The position numbers were made by a program, and so were the translations under genes. The notes beneath the pieces were generated by a model. The model was given only the letters and a program-made list of their open reading frames with translations. It searched no databases and had not been told where the DNA came from. From Vicugna vicugna (Eukaryota), in the NCBI GenBank assembly GCA_013265495.1, contig MU058444.1, positions 2,108,001-2,172,000 of the forward strand: a stretch of DNA of 64,000 nucleotides. Reading direction: 5' to 3'. Every line of letters begins with the position of its first letter. Within the stretch, counting starts at the first letter, position 1. Positions 11,105 through 22,949 of this stretch are shown piece by piece.

Positions 11105-12991
11105 TCACGAAGCATAGTAGAGGCTGGAGATTCCTGTCATCAGGGGTTCAGACACTTCTAAGAGTTTCAGTCCCGTGTGGAAATCAAAATCGGCTTTTTC
11201 TAACGCTTCTTTGTATGTCAACTTTCTTTTCGTCTGCGGACAAAGGATGTTTCTGACGTAGGACTTCTGATCTTTGAGTTTTGTCGCGATGGAGACATCT
11301 ATCATACCCACTTGGAGAGCCTCCTCTATGGACAAGCGGGTCTGAGCCTGGGGCTCCATCAGCCCCCCTGTCAAGTACTGAAATTCCAAACACCGGACCC
11401 CCATGTCCTTACTTATGATGTTTGCATTCACAGCTTCCAACACTGACATCACTTTGTTAGTGACAGGATGACTGATCCCCGCCACCACCAACTCACACTG
11501 TCGTAGCTGCTGGGCAAAACCCTCATCCAGCAGGCCTCTGTGCAGAGCCTCAGCCACGCGGTACCTCTTGCCGGTCAGAGGATCAAGGATGCCCCCGGTG
11601 CTGACCTGGGCTTCGAGGCATCGCAGGGCGGTGATCCGATCCACCAGATTCCTGCGGGAGGCCTTCAGGACTGAGATCCTCTCCCCGCTGGACGTCAGCC
11701 AATACCCTGCGACGGGACTGTGCACATCTTTCTTGGGAACGAGCCGGCTGAGCAGGAAATCCGCAAGTTCTGTGAGCGTGATGAGGCCCTCCTGGTACTT
11801 TCTGACCGAGGCTTTGTCGACAGTTCCCTGCTCTACCGCCTCATCGATGTTGAGCTGCAACCCGGTCTTAGCATCCCTCAGCACGCGAGAAGGATGCCCG
11901 TAGGATTCAAAAAAGGTGGCCTCCTTCCACTGATACTGCAGCCCTGACAGCTCAAGATAGGTGCTTTTGTCGATCAGGCTTCTCTGGAAAGCCTCGTACG
12001 CGGTCAGTTCTGCTCCCGTCTTGGTGTCTACAACCGAGACCCTGTGCGTTTTCGCCACATTGAGGTTGGAAATGTTCCTCTCCCCAAACGGAAGCAGCAA
12101 GCACTGGCAGTCGACGTCGAACACACACATGCGCAGTAATTCTGCGTAATACAGCGCTTGCTTGTTATTGGGATTAGGAAAGACCCTTGTGTTGCTGGAC
12201 GGCTCGTGTAAAAACTGCAGGATGGCGTTATTCAACAAGCCCTGCTGCAGAGCGACTTCCGGAGGAACGCGAATGCCCCGCGCGGGGTCGACGACGCCCC
12301 CGCTGGCGATCTGGGCCTCCAACATATGTTTGCCCCTTTGCCTGTCAAGCATCCTATTTTCCATTGCTTGAAACACTGACAGCATCTTGGAGGAACACGG
12401 ATACCCCAGGGCTGCCTTCTCTGCCTCAAGGAGCCGAATTCTGAATTCGGGGTCAATCACTCCCTGAAGAATTGCATCTTCAACCGAATAGGTCTGACCT
12501 GAAAGGGGATCGATTATGAAACCCGTGGCAGCCTGAGCTTCCAAAAAGGCTAACGCCATCGTCTTGTCTATTACGATTTTCTTGGCTGCTGAAGAAAATG
12601 ACATCTTTTCTTTTGTGGCTTCAAGGTAAAGCCCTGCAATGGCGGTGGCTTTGGTTAAAAACTTGCTGAGAGTCTTCTGAACCTCTTCGACCGTCTTAAG
12701 ACCGCGTCGCAGCTGCTTGACTGTCTTCATGTCCAGAAGCTTAGCTTCGACCAACTGCCTGGCAGTCACAGGGTGCCGGAGCCCCTGGAATTGAAACTCA
12801 TCGTCCCTGACCGAACACGCAAGATCTCCATCTACGTGCTGGAAGGTCTCTGGTTCTGAGCCCTTCTGAAGCTCTCCTCTCTTGAATCCACCCCCTTCAA
12901 GCATCCATCCCTCAGCACTGGAGCCGGGGTTCTTCCCTTGCTTTAAGGCTGTGACTTCTGTGTGCAAATCATACTGCTTGCTCTTAGCTAT
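11105..12991 (-). CDS. DST: BPAG1e/BP230 terminal exon: two plakin repeat domains (keratin binding)
   Basis: Acceptor at 12992-12993; IAKSKQYDLHTEV...LEAQAATGFIIDP...LEAQVSTGGILDP...ISSLYYAS; TGA followed directly by TAG. Confidence 0.97.
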   Translation of the reverse strand: MAKSKQYDLHTEVTALKQGKNPGSSAEGWMLEGGGFKRGELQKGSEPETFQHVDGDLACSVRDDEFQFQGLRHPVTARQLVEAKLLDMKTVKQLRRGLKTVEEVQKTLSKFLTKATAIAGLYLEATKEKMSFSSAAKKIVIDKTMALAFLEAQAATGFIIDPLSGQTYSVEDAILQGVIDPEFRIRLLEAEKAALGYPCSSKMLSVFQAMENRMLDRQRGKHMLEAQIASGGVVDPARGIRVPPEVALQQGLLNNAILQFLHEPSSNTRVFPNPNNKQALYYAELLRMCVFDVDCQCLLLPFGERNISNLNVAKTHRVSVVDTKTGAELTAYEAFQRSLIDKSTYLELSGLQYQWKEATFFESYGHPSRVLRDAKTGLQLNIDEAVEQGTVDKASVRKYQEGLITLTELADFLLSRLVPKKDVHSPVAGYWLTSSGERISVLKASRRNLVDRITALRCLEAQVSTGGILDPLTGKRYRVAEALHRGLLDEGFAQQLRQCELVVAGISHPVTNKVMSVLEAVNANIISKDMGVRCLEFQYLTGGLMEPQAQTRLSIEEALQVGMIDVSIATKLKDQKSYVRNILCPQTKRKLTYKEALEKADFDFHTGLKLLEVSEPLMTGISSLYYAS

Positions 12992-13565
12992 CTGTAACAG
13001 GAATTGATAAGGCGTTAAGAGTCATCTGAAGAACGCTACGTCACTTCAACCACTCTTAATCCAAACACGATTCCCAGAGCATCAAAGATGAGACAAGAGG
13101 AGAAAATGTTCAAGCCAAAGAGGGTTCAGGAGCAAGCAAATACCTTGGAGAGTCTCAACTTTAAACTTTAGATGACAATGAAGGTATGAAAGTGGTATGT
13201 CTTAAGAAGAGATGAAATTTTGCTGACAGACAGAACTTGTTAGAAATTAAACTTAATGTCTTGGTTTTTCTAGCTTTTTTGTGGTCAAATTTTTCAGAAT
13301 CTCATCCGTAGATACACAACAGTATAGTCCTCCCATCTGGGTTTTTAATCTCAAAGATTTAAGAGTGAAAGAATATAGTTTGGAGTAAAGATTCAAGTAA
13401 GTCACTAGAAAATGATAGTATTATTTTTTGTCAGAACTACGAAGAGCCGATCACATGCAACACTGTTAGGAAAAAGAAAATAAAACTTGAATCTAGCAGA
13501 GAAAGGAGACAAGAGCGGAAACCTGATGGAGGGGAGCAGACAAGATCTCAGAATCCAGAGTATAC

Positions 13566-16217
13566 CTCCAAGGGCGCCAAAAGCGCCACCAGGTCCACTT
13601 CACACTTGTCATCTTGATACCTGGCAGGTGGTCTGGAACCGTACAGAGCCTGATCTCTTAGCTTCTCTATTTCTGACAGTCTTGTAAGAGGGTTCGTCTC
13701 ATCAAAAGTTATCTGCAATTCGGTGCTTGTTTGAGAAAAGTACTCAGAGTAACACTGCTGGCTTTTCTCTTTCTCAGCTGGAACCCCCGGCAGCCTGACC
13801 TGGACCTCCTTCTGCATCTGTTCAGCAACCCGACGCTGCCATCCCTCCTCGGATGGCTGCGGTTCCGGAGCCCAGCTCTGCAGAGGGGCCCTGGCCCCGG
13901 GGGGCCCGGCGGGCAGCGCTCCCGAGCCCCGGGAGGAGAGGTCCCCAGGGCGCTGGCACCCCTTCGCGGCCGTCTCGGGATCTGGGGCCTTGAGGGCGCC
14001 GTCTTCCGCCGGGCTCTGTTTTTGGATCTCACACTGGAGCAGCACCAGCTGATGCTCGTGCTCCTTCATCTGCTGGTCCATCTTGCGCTTCAGGTTCTCC
14101 ACCTCCCGCTTCTGGGCGACCAGCTCGCCTTCGAGCTCGCGGCACTTGCGGTCGTGCGGCGCCTGCGCGCGGTACTGCCGGAGCTGCCGCTCAAGCTCGC
14201 GGAGGCTCGTTTCGCAGAGCCTGGCGTTCTCCTGCGCCCGGCAGTTTTCCCGCTGAAGGGACACAAAGTCGAGCTTGATGCCCGAGATGTCGTTCTCGGT
14301 GATGACTTCGGACTCCATCAGCTTCTCCATCTTCTTCCGAAACTCCTCCGCCGAGCGTTTGAATTTCTCGGATTCCTCCTGAAACAGAACCATCTTCCTG
14401 TGGGTCACCTGCTCCTCTATGGTCTTCAGGTGCAGCTCGTCTTGGACCTTCCTCAACCTGTCGTTCAGCTCCTGCACCTGCGCCTGCTGCTGCTGCACCT
14501 TCTGCTCCCCGAGGCGCTTCTCCTCCTGGGAGGCACTCAGCTCCGCGTTCAGGTTCCTCACCTCCTTCTCCGTCTTCTGGATAATGATGTTCTGCTGGTC
14601 ACACTTCTGCTTAAATTCGCTCACCAAATTCTGGCTTTTGGCCAGGTCTTCTTCCAGGGACTTGATTCTCCTCTGGAAATCCTGTTCCGTTCTCGTCTGT
14701 TTGTGCAGATGCTCGTTTGTGTGGCGCAGCTGGTCTTTAAAACCGTCCGCCTGAATTTTCAGGGCTTCGCATCTTTGCTGGATGGCCTGTTTCTCTGAAA
14801 CCACGTTGGCCGATTCGGCCTGAATCCGCTGCATCATTAACCTGGTTTCGTTGTTCTGCCTGGTGAGCTCGTCCACCTTCTGTTTCAGCACGTCTGCGCA
14901 CTCGTTACTCTTCTCCAGCTCCTCCTGAAGCTTCCGGATTTTCTCGTGATTTTCTTTTTCGGCCTTAATATTTTGAAGCAACTGCGCGTGGCTTTTCTCA
15001 AACTGTGCTTTCAGGTGATCTGATTTTCTCCGGCAGGATCCCTCGTCACCCTGAAGAGGAGAGACCTGGGAATTTAATTGCTGGATGCTGCTCTCGGTGA
15101 CAGCCTGGGTCCGAGTGATCCTGTCCGCCTCTCTCTGCAACTTCCCTTTCTCCTGCTGAAGAGATGCCAACTCTTGCTCATAGTTGTGCTTGAGCCTCCG
15201 GAGGTCATCGGCCTCCTGCATGGCCTCCTCGGCCCTCCCCGCGGTCCGGCTCAGCTGCCGGCCCAGCTCTCGGAGCTGCCGCGAGTACCCCTCCTCCGCC
15301 TGGTCCTTGGTTTCCAGCTCCCGCTGCAGGCGTCTCAGGGTTTGATTTGTTTCCTCCAGTTTCTCTTGGAGCAGGCGGGCCTTTTCCTCCGAGGACGCTT
15401 TCTCCAGCTGCAGGGAGCCGAGTTCATACTGCAGCTCCCGCACGTCCTTCTCCGCCTTCCTGTTGGCGGCCGTCAGCTCCTCCACCTGCTGCTGCAGGTC
15501 CCCCGCCTGCGCGGGCGCACAAGCCAGCGAGGAGGCGCTGTCTGCGCACGAATACTGCATCTCGGCTATTCGCCTCCGGGCTTCCGATTCGATCTTCTGC
15601 TTTTCTTTCAGCTGTTCCTCCGCCACGTGTCTCTGAAACGTGAGGTCCCGCTCCATCTGCTGGATCAGCTTCAGGAGCTCCTCCTCCTTGTCTCTCTTCC
15701 TCCTCAGCTCCTCCGTCAGCTTCTTTTGCTGATGCTCCAGGTCGTGGAGGCTGGAGTCTTTTCTCTTCAGGTGATCTTCCAGGGTCCTCCTGGTGAGGCT
15801 GTGCTCCTCCAGCTGGCTCCGGAAGCGCTGCAGGTTCTCCTCCACGGCCACCCGCCGGGCCTCGGCCTTGGCCGTGAGCCGCCGCACGCGCTCCAGCTCG
15901 CGCCGCGCCGCCTCCCTCTCCTCCACGCTGGCCTCCAGCTCGCGCCGGTACCGCTGGGCCTCGCTCTCCGCGCGCATCTTCTGCAGAGTGATGTCCGCCG
16001 CGTTCCGCTGCTGCTTCCTCAGCTCGTGCTCCGCCGCCTCCCGGACCCTGGGCAGCTCCTCCTCCACGCGGGACTTCTGCTTCTCCAGGTCGGCCACCAT
16101 GCTCTCCAGCTCGCGGATCTTGCCCGTGAGCCTGCAGTTCTCCTGCACCGTCGCCTTCTGGCGCTCGAGCAGATCTGAGTACGCCCCGTGCTCGGAAGTC
16201 TCCTGACCCCTTTTCAT
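13566..16217 (-). CDS. DST: BPAG1e/BP230 coiled-coil rod exon (884 codons)
   Basis: TAG acceptor at 16218-16219, donor GAG|GTATAC; E/Q/K/R/L heptad composition. The 'Met' at 16217 is an internal codon. Confidence 0.97.
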
Positions 16218-16335
16218 CTACAAGAGACGTTCAGAAGCGTCAAAGCCCTTCGGTTCCAATCCAGCATCTTCAGACAGCCAACGCAAGGCTCCTAAAAGCG
16301 CTGCTAAAAACCAGCGAAACCCAAGGCAGAGCAGG

Positions 16336-16360
16336 CACCACCACCATCACCACCACCACC
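16336..16360. repeat. (CAC)n / sense (GGT)n microsatellite
   Basis: caccaccaccatcaccaccaccacc. Confidence 0.9.
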
Positions 16361-16604
16361 GTCTTCAGAGAAGCAGCTTCAGAAAGCCAGCTATGGGAGA
16401 AGACAGAAAAAAAAAAAAAAAAAAAAATTCTAAACCGAGGAGTCTTTTTTTTTCTTCTTCTTTTTCTGTCTCTTAAGAAGAATTTTGTTTTAAAAATTAG
16501 CTAGCTCAGGACTTCACAGCAAGAAAGAACCTTATAGCATGAGGAAACTGAGGTCCAAGGAGTTAGATAATTTTGACAAAGGAGGAACCAAAACTCTCAC
16601 AACC

Positions 16605-16935
16605 GTATATACATGCTGCATCTTCTTTATCCATTCATCTAGTGATGTGCACTTAGGATGCGTCCATATCTTGACAATTACAAATAATGATGCTGTTAAG
16701 AGCAAGGTGTATGTATCTTTTGCAATTAACTCTTACTTTGTAGTTGGCTTTATTCCTTTGTAACTATGCAAGTTTAAAAAGCTAAAGCTCTAAATGTTCT
16801 TAGAAAGAATAAACAGTACATATATGTAAATTTTTAAAATATGTACAGTATGTTGTGTGTATGTATTTACATGCAACATATTGTATACGTGCAGTCAAAC
16901 TGTAACAATTCAACCTAATAAAACTGAAAAAACAG
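16605..16935. mobile_element. 5'-inverted L1 fragment
   Basis: Antisense L1 ORF2-end/3'UTR piece (ctttatccattcatct) joined to a sense 3' end with AATAAA and A tail; flanked by aaccaaaa(c)ctctcacaac direct repeats. Confidence 0.65.
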
Positions 16936-19704
16936 AAACCAAAAACCTCTCACAACAGTGCTCTTTCTGCCCTCACACACAGCTTAGTCCTACAAGCTAA
17001 GAAGAACATTCAACGTATAGGAACTGAATGACATTAAGACAATTTAGTTTTCAGGGTCTACCCCAATGGAAATTAAAAATGATGTTTTCAACCTTCGGTC
17101 TTAGGATTGAAGAAACAAAATACAGAACTTTGGAACAGAGAGCCGAATCAGGAAATGATACTTAACACGAGGAAGGAGGAAAATTATATAAAAATTGGTA
17201 GTTTCAACACATTCCTTACTATTTGCCATATTATGACAACTATACTCATCAGAATTGCTAATGCAAAGGCAGCTTTAGTCGCTGGTGGGTTTAGAAAAGA
17301 TGTGCTTCATATACTCACAGATTTCGTTGTTGCTGTTAATGACATGCCTCCTATGAATCCACCTTAATAAGTACCTTTAGATACTCCATAAACTAAGATA
17401 TTTGTTAAATACAGATGCTCAGCGATTTAGTGCCAGCTAAGAAAATGTGATCACTCTATCTATTGATTACAGAATCAGTCTCAGCTGGGAGGGATCCACT
17501 GCAGGGACTACAGAACAATGTACTCAGGGCTACTTTATAATCACTGGTAGTAGTAATTCCTCTTTATTAATACTGTAAGGTTATTAGTGTCATATCATCA
17601 ACTCACAATCATCATAATTAGAATAATTTAAATCGAAATAGAGAAGTTATTCTAAACAGATTTTTTTTCATTGCAAAGCGTTGGCAAATCTCAAGAATTT
17701 AATTTGTATGATACTCCATTGCATCTTATTTTGCTTCCTCTAATTTCTTGACCCCCAAGAATCTGGATAAGAATTTCAGCTGTTTCCTCTGTTAATATGA
17801 CTTTGAATGGGAATTTCGTGTAAAAAGAAATCTCATCACAGTCTGCAGTATTCAATGCTCCGTTTTCTTTGTTTTCTTATCAGGGTCACTCTAGAGTGAC
17901 ACCGAAGCATTTTGTCTGCTTGGACATTAAATGTTCAGTGTATTTTGAGTGGATGACTTCTAAAAAGGTTTTCCTCAATTCTTCATCAAATTTCTTTTAA
18001 AACTTAGCTGCTGCTAAGACGTTTGAGCCTCTTCATTTTTTTCTTAGTCATGATCTGAGGTTTAAAAGAATGAAAATTCTCTCAGGAAAAAAATGTTTGT
18101 TGTTGAAATCTCAGTGTCTGAGTTATTTTACAGACTGTTCATAATCTCACGTTGCCTAGATAACTCTGAAATTTTTTAACAAATACTACAAAAGTTACTA
18201 GAAATAATTTAGTCCTGTTGCTGATTTGCTTTATTGTAGATCTCAAACTTATTCACATAAAGGGGCTTCAGGTTTTATCTAAATGTTCTCCAAGGAGACA
18301 TGTTCATCTCTAAACTCAGCAATTAACATTTAATAAATTTTGCTGTCCACACAGACTAGAAAAATCTCTTTATCCATCTAATATCCATTACAGATACCCT
18401 ATTAACATGTCTGTGACTAATTGAGTATTATCTTTGAAATTAACTTGACTAACTTGACTCCCTAATGTTTATTATGGAAAATTCTACTCTCTGGCCAAGA
18501 TTTCTCACATGAGTCTCCATGGACCCATTTCAAAAACACTACTGTTTGGAGTCTGAAAACTGAGCTATGACTCTTTTATAAGATATTCCATATTAAGATC
18601 CTTAAGTAGTGAATTTTTAATAAAGAATTTTTTAAATTTTAAGTGGTAACCGCCTCGGTGTGGTCTTCCATAAACTATGTTCTTTTCACTTTCAAGGCAA
18701 TATAATTGTTCACATTTCAAAGGATGACAAGCATAATTTGGATGTATTTTAGGCTTTGTGACTATCTCTTTTGGGTCTATCAACTTCTAGTATTCTACCA
18801 CATCAGATAAACTGAGAAAGTGCCCATATATGTGCAATCAGATATACATTATAAGAAAGCAGAGGTCTTAAATCATTTTATTTTATGTTTAAGTACTAAA
18901 TAGACAATTTAAAAGATCTGCATACCACTTAAAATGGAGTCACAGCTCTTAAACACTAAAAAATGTAAAAAAGAATTATGGACTTTTTTCCATAGATGAG
19001 AGTATAGGCTAATTATTCGGACACTCAAAATATTCTGGTTCTCCCTTCTAAGCCCAAAGGAAGCTAGTTATAAAGACTTGGCAAGTAGCTATGTTAGTGT
19101 TTTAGTGGCAGAAAACTGTTAACTCTGAACAGACAAAAATAGTTTACAAAAGCAGTCACACTTTTAGAAACTGAGAAGTAATATCTATCAGATATTCACT
19201 ACCATTCTGGTTCTCTCATTATATGAAAGGAGTTACACTAAGTGCAATTGTCTTCAGGATTCCGACCACAGTCTAATCGAAATGGCAAATGCCCCACAGT
19301 TTACTGACTGGAGCACTCAGTTTACCATTTTTGTCTGCTCTGAGGTTAGGAATAGAAAGCATATCAAGACATGCATGGACAGCATAATAGCTTCAAAATT
19401 AGATAAAATGGACTTTTATGAAAATATATTTCTTAAAGGACTCCTTCTATTTCTGAATATATATATATCTATTTTTTTAAATGCATAATCTAAGGTACTG
19501 AAGTCCTCCAAATTAAAATGGCATTTAAACAGTCTTTTTTAACATACACCATAATACCTTTATGGCAAAAATTAAAACAAAAACAAAACAAAAAACCTCA
19601 TAGTTCTTAAAGAGTACTAACTGTTTTGTATAAACACCTGCTTTTAACTTCATGGCTTTTATGTTTTAAATACTTGAAGATGTAAATTTTAAATGCACAA
19701 AACA

Positions 19705-19960
19705 GGGAGGGAGGGTAGAGCTCTGGTGGTAGAGAGCATGCCTGGCATGCACAGGGTCCTGGGTTCAATCCGCCGTACCTCCATTGAATAAATAAATAAA
19801 TCTAATTACCTCCTTCCAGGAAAAATTTTTTAACATTAAGAAAAGCACATAAGAATATGAATATGAATGTATGAATGTATATGGATGACTGGGACATTGT
19901 GCTGTACGCCAGAAACTGACACGTTGTAACTGACTGTACTTCAGTTAAAAAACATTTTTT
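19705..19960 (+). mobile_element. Vic-1-like SINE followed by an L1 3' terminal fragment
   Basis: SINE A/B boxes at 19710-19775; gctgtacgccagaaactgacacgttgtaactgactgtacttca L1 end. Confidence 0.8.
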
Positions 19961-20345
19961 TTAAAGCACAAAACAAATGTGTTTATGTAGCATTTCTGCA
20001 GACATCATAACAGCACTAACTAGACTTCAAAAAAGTATACTTCTCAATTGTGCGATATCTGCAAATTCTGCCAAACTACCAGCATTTCATAATGTACACA
20101 GAGCCATTTAAGACATCAGCCCTATTATCTCAGAGTCCTGGAGTGAAAATATATGTTTTTCAATTTGAAAACATCTTAATAACAAACAAAAAATCCTAGG
20201 CCTCTATTCTTTTTCACTGTAATTGTATCATTAAATAATCCCTTATATGTCAGCTATCAACCATGTGATGTTATCATGAAATTTTCTTGTTTTCCCAGCC
20301 CATTTCGTGGTGCCCGTTCAGGGAGCTGTCCTAGTTAATGGTTAC

Positions 20346-20444
20346 CTCCTCCTCTTCCAGCCTCTTCAACGAGTCACCAGCAAATTTAATATATTGTGTC
20401 ATAAGGGTGACCAGAGCAGTATACCGGGTCCTCAGGTCCATGAA
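20346..20444 (-). CDS. DST: DST last common plakin exon ([33 protein letters not shown]); branch point between e and a/b isoforms
   Basis: 99 nt, AG/GT, phase 0->0. Confidence 0.95.
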
Positions 20445-20958
20445 CTGCATGGAAGAAAAAAAATAAAAACATCATCTCCAGTTGCCCTAAACGAGTTGAA
20501 TGAGCGTTGAGTAATAATTAAAATGCCAGCTAGGCTTTGAGACAGGGAGGGACACAGCCTCCCAGTAGCGACAGCTGGGTAGGAATGAGATGAGTGTTGC
20601 GCAGACCACACTGACTGACAATCTTCTCCTAAATTTAATCATGACCTACACTTACTATTCTCTGCCACGAATTAATCTTGAATGCAGATTCTCAAAGCGT
20701 TCTTGAGAACCCTTAATAAAATATATTGTTACAGGTAGCGAGCTTTTAAATGGGAAGATGAAATTGGGAAGGAGAGAGGTCAAGGTTGCTTAATATTATG
20801 AATGCACTGAACGTCACTGAATTGCATACTTAAGGATGATTAAAATGGTAAATTTCCTGCTACGCATTTTTTATCACAATGCAAATGTACAAATACAAAA
20901 TTGCTAGGGTGTTGCTGCTCTGTTTTGTGGCCTCCTCCGTCTCCCGTCCTCCCCTCAC

Positions 20959-21066
20959 CTCTTGAATGACGAGATCCGCCGAGCTCTGCATCCTTCGCCG
21001 TTTCACGGGAGACTTCTGTTGTGAATCCACCATGGCCCGGTAGGTCATTGTTTGTAATTCGTAGTC
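20959..21066 (-). CDS. DST: DST plakin exon ([36 protein letters not shown]), with basic NLS-type motif PVKRRR at 20992-21009
   Basis: 108 nt, AG/GT. Confidence 0.95.
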
Positions 21067-21255
21067 CTGTATAAAGGAATCAGGAAGGTTAGAGGAATTA
21101 AAGCGAAGCACTAACACTTCATCTTACCGTGATCAGACGCGGAGAAATGGAGTCTTGTTTCACTGAATAACTTGACATAAAGTTGCAAGACTACATTTTC
21201 AAGAATCAGTACAACCTGAGATGCTTCCAAAGTGGTAATAAAAATCAAACATTTA

Positions 21256-21424
21256 GGGGAGAGGGTATATAGCTCAGCGGTAAGAGTGCGTGCTTAGCAC
21301 ACACAGGGTCCTGGGTTCAATCCATAGTACCTCCACTAAAAAATTAAATTAAATTAAAAATTAATTTAAAAATACATGAAAGAAACCTAATCACCACCCC
21401 AGAAAACAACAAAAACAAACAAAC
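21256..21424 (+). mobile_element. Vic-1-like SINE with perfect TSD
   Basis: A/B boxes; AAAATCAAACATTTA at 21241-21255 and 21425-21439. Confidence 0.9.
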
Positions 21425-21695
21425 AAAATCAAACATTTAGGGTGGTCAGGAGAGCTCTGAAATCTCTTTAGAAGCTCATGGAAAAATCCAGGGACAATGA
21501 GCTCATTCTGTTTCGCCTCTGAAAGGACCAGAGGTCATCGGGTGACTCACATTTCACAAAGAATTATTAGACAAGTGAAAAGAGGTTCAAGTGAAGATTC
21601 TCTGTTTTACTCTTAACCCAGACCAAACGATTTGCAAAGGCTTTAAAAGTGCACTGGAGAAACACATCCCTGAACATTAAATTTGACACAAGGTC

Positions 21696-21820
21696 GAGGA
21701 GGGTATAGTTAAGTGGTAGAGCACGTGCTCTGCATGTAGGAGGTCCTGGGTTCAATCTGGAGTACCTCCACTACATAAATACGCACATAAATAAACAAAA
21801 CTATTACCCCCCCAAAAAAA
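21696..21820 (+). mobile_element. Vic-1-like SINE (diverged)
   Basis: gagggtatagttaagtggtagagc...gggttcaatc. Confidence 0.8.
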
Positions 21821-21884
21821 ACTTTTAAAAAGGTTACTTAAAAAAAATTGAAAAAAACCTGACGCAAGGAACTGGCCTTCTCAC

Positions 21885-21968
21885 CTTGACCGCAGTGGAG
21901 TATTGTTCTGCGTATTTCTGGCACTCGTCCATTTTGCTCTGTTTCATTTCTATTTCTGACACCAGCAT
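21885..21968 (-). CDS. DST: DST plakin exon ([28 protein letters not shown])
   Basis: 84 nt, AG/GT. Confidence 0.93.
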
Positions 21969-22656
21969 CTATAAAGGCACAGTTTAGACGAGAAATGACC
22001 AGGAATTCTATGCTATCCAACAACTTAACATCTCGGGCACTAAGAAATATCTACATTACATTAAATCATAGCCCTTTGTGCTGAAATGTCATTTGTCTTA
22101 CGGATAAGGCACAAACTTGCAAGATTAAGCCACTAAGGGACACACCCTCTGGGGCTTCCAAAGCAGAAGTTACTGAACTCCAGGAATTATCCAAAAGTAG
22201 ACTTGAAACCCTTGACTCTCACCTCTTCCTGATCAAAAGAGAGCTAGGAAGAACCAGCCCCTAGAGATGGAGCAAACATCTCAACGCGTTTAACTCTTTG
22301 TCAACGGTGGCCGTTTAATTTTCGACAGCTATTTTTACTTACTGAGGAGCCCGTAAAACTACTGCGGCCAGGAAAGTACCAGAGAGATGGCCACGCCTAC
22401 GGTTACATGATTATCAGAGATTTGAGAACTGTCTCAACAGGCTACGTTCTCTTCCTTATGCTTCAAAAATGACTGCCAAGAAATCAAAGTAGGTAATGCC
22501 TGTCAGTTTCAGTGCAGGATTTTAATATTAATGGCTTACTTCCTGCCTTCCTCGAAATCGTGGCTGACTTCTCTTTTCATCAAGAGAAAGGAAGGCAAGG
22601 GTCACGAGTGACCAGACGCAGACACAACCTCAGGACACGGAACTGTTTTTACGCAC

Positions 22657-22819
22657 CTTCTGTTGATTCAACTGTGTGGCAAGGGTTTTACTATTCTCAG
22701 GCTGATTTTCCTGAATCTTTCTCTGAGTCGTTTCCACCTGCTGGATCCAATCATCCAACGGGTGATAGGTGTCTCTGTAGTACTTCAGCGACTTGCCAAT
22801 GCCTTCTAAGTCCCGTAAC
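22657..22819 (-). CDS. DST: DST plakin exon ([16 protein letters not shown]...QLNQQK)
   Basis: 163 nt, phase 2->0. Confidence 0.94.
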
Positions 22820-22949
22820 CTGAGAGATGAACAGGACAACAGTCACGCTTTCCAACAGGCACCATTAGGAGGGTAGACGGGGGTGAGACAAAGTCACTGT
22901 ACCAGGATGCAGTGAGCTATCGGCAGGGCTGGGTGTCAAGAATTCAAGG

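Noticed and set aside
13731..16206. Long plus-strand ORFs (355 aa, 366 aa and others)
   Set aside because: Antisense shadows of the GC-rich, Glu/Gln/Lys-rich rod exon, giving Leu-rich nonsense; no independent gene evidence
11105..16217. Treating the 620-aa and 889-aa ORFs as stand-alone genes
   Set aside because: Both have proper splice acceptors and join in phase to the upstream DST exons
17885..17900. Perfect 16-bp palindrome GTCACTCTAGAGTGAC
   Set aside because: About one such palindrome is expected by chance in 64 kb (64000/4^8)
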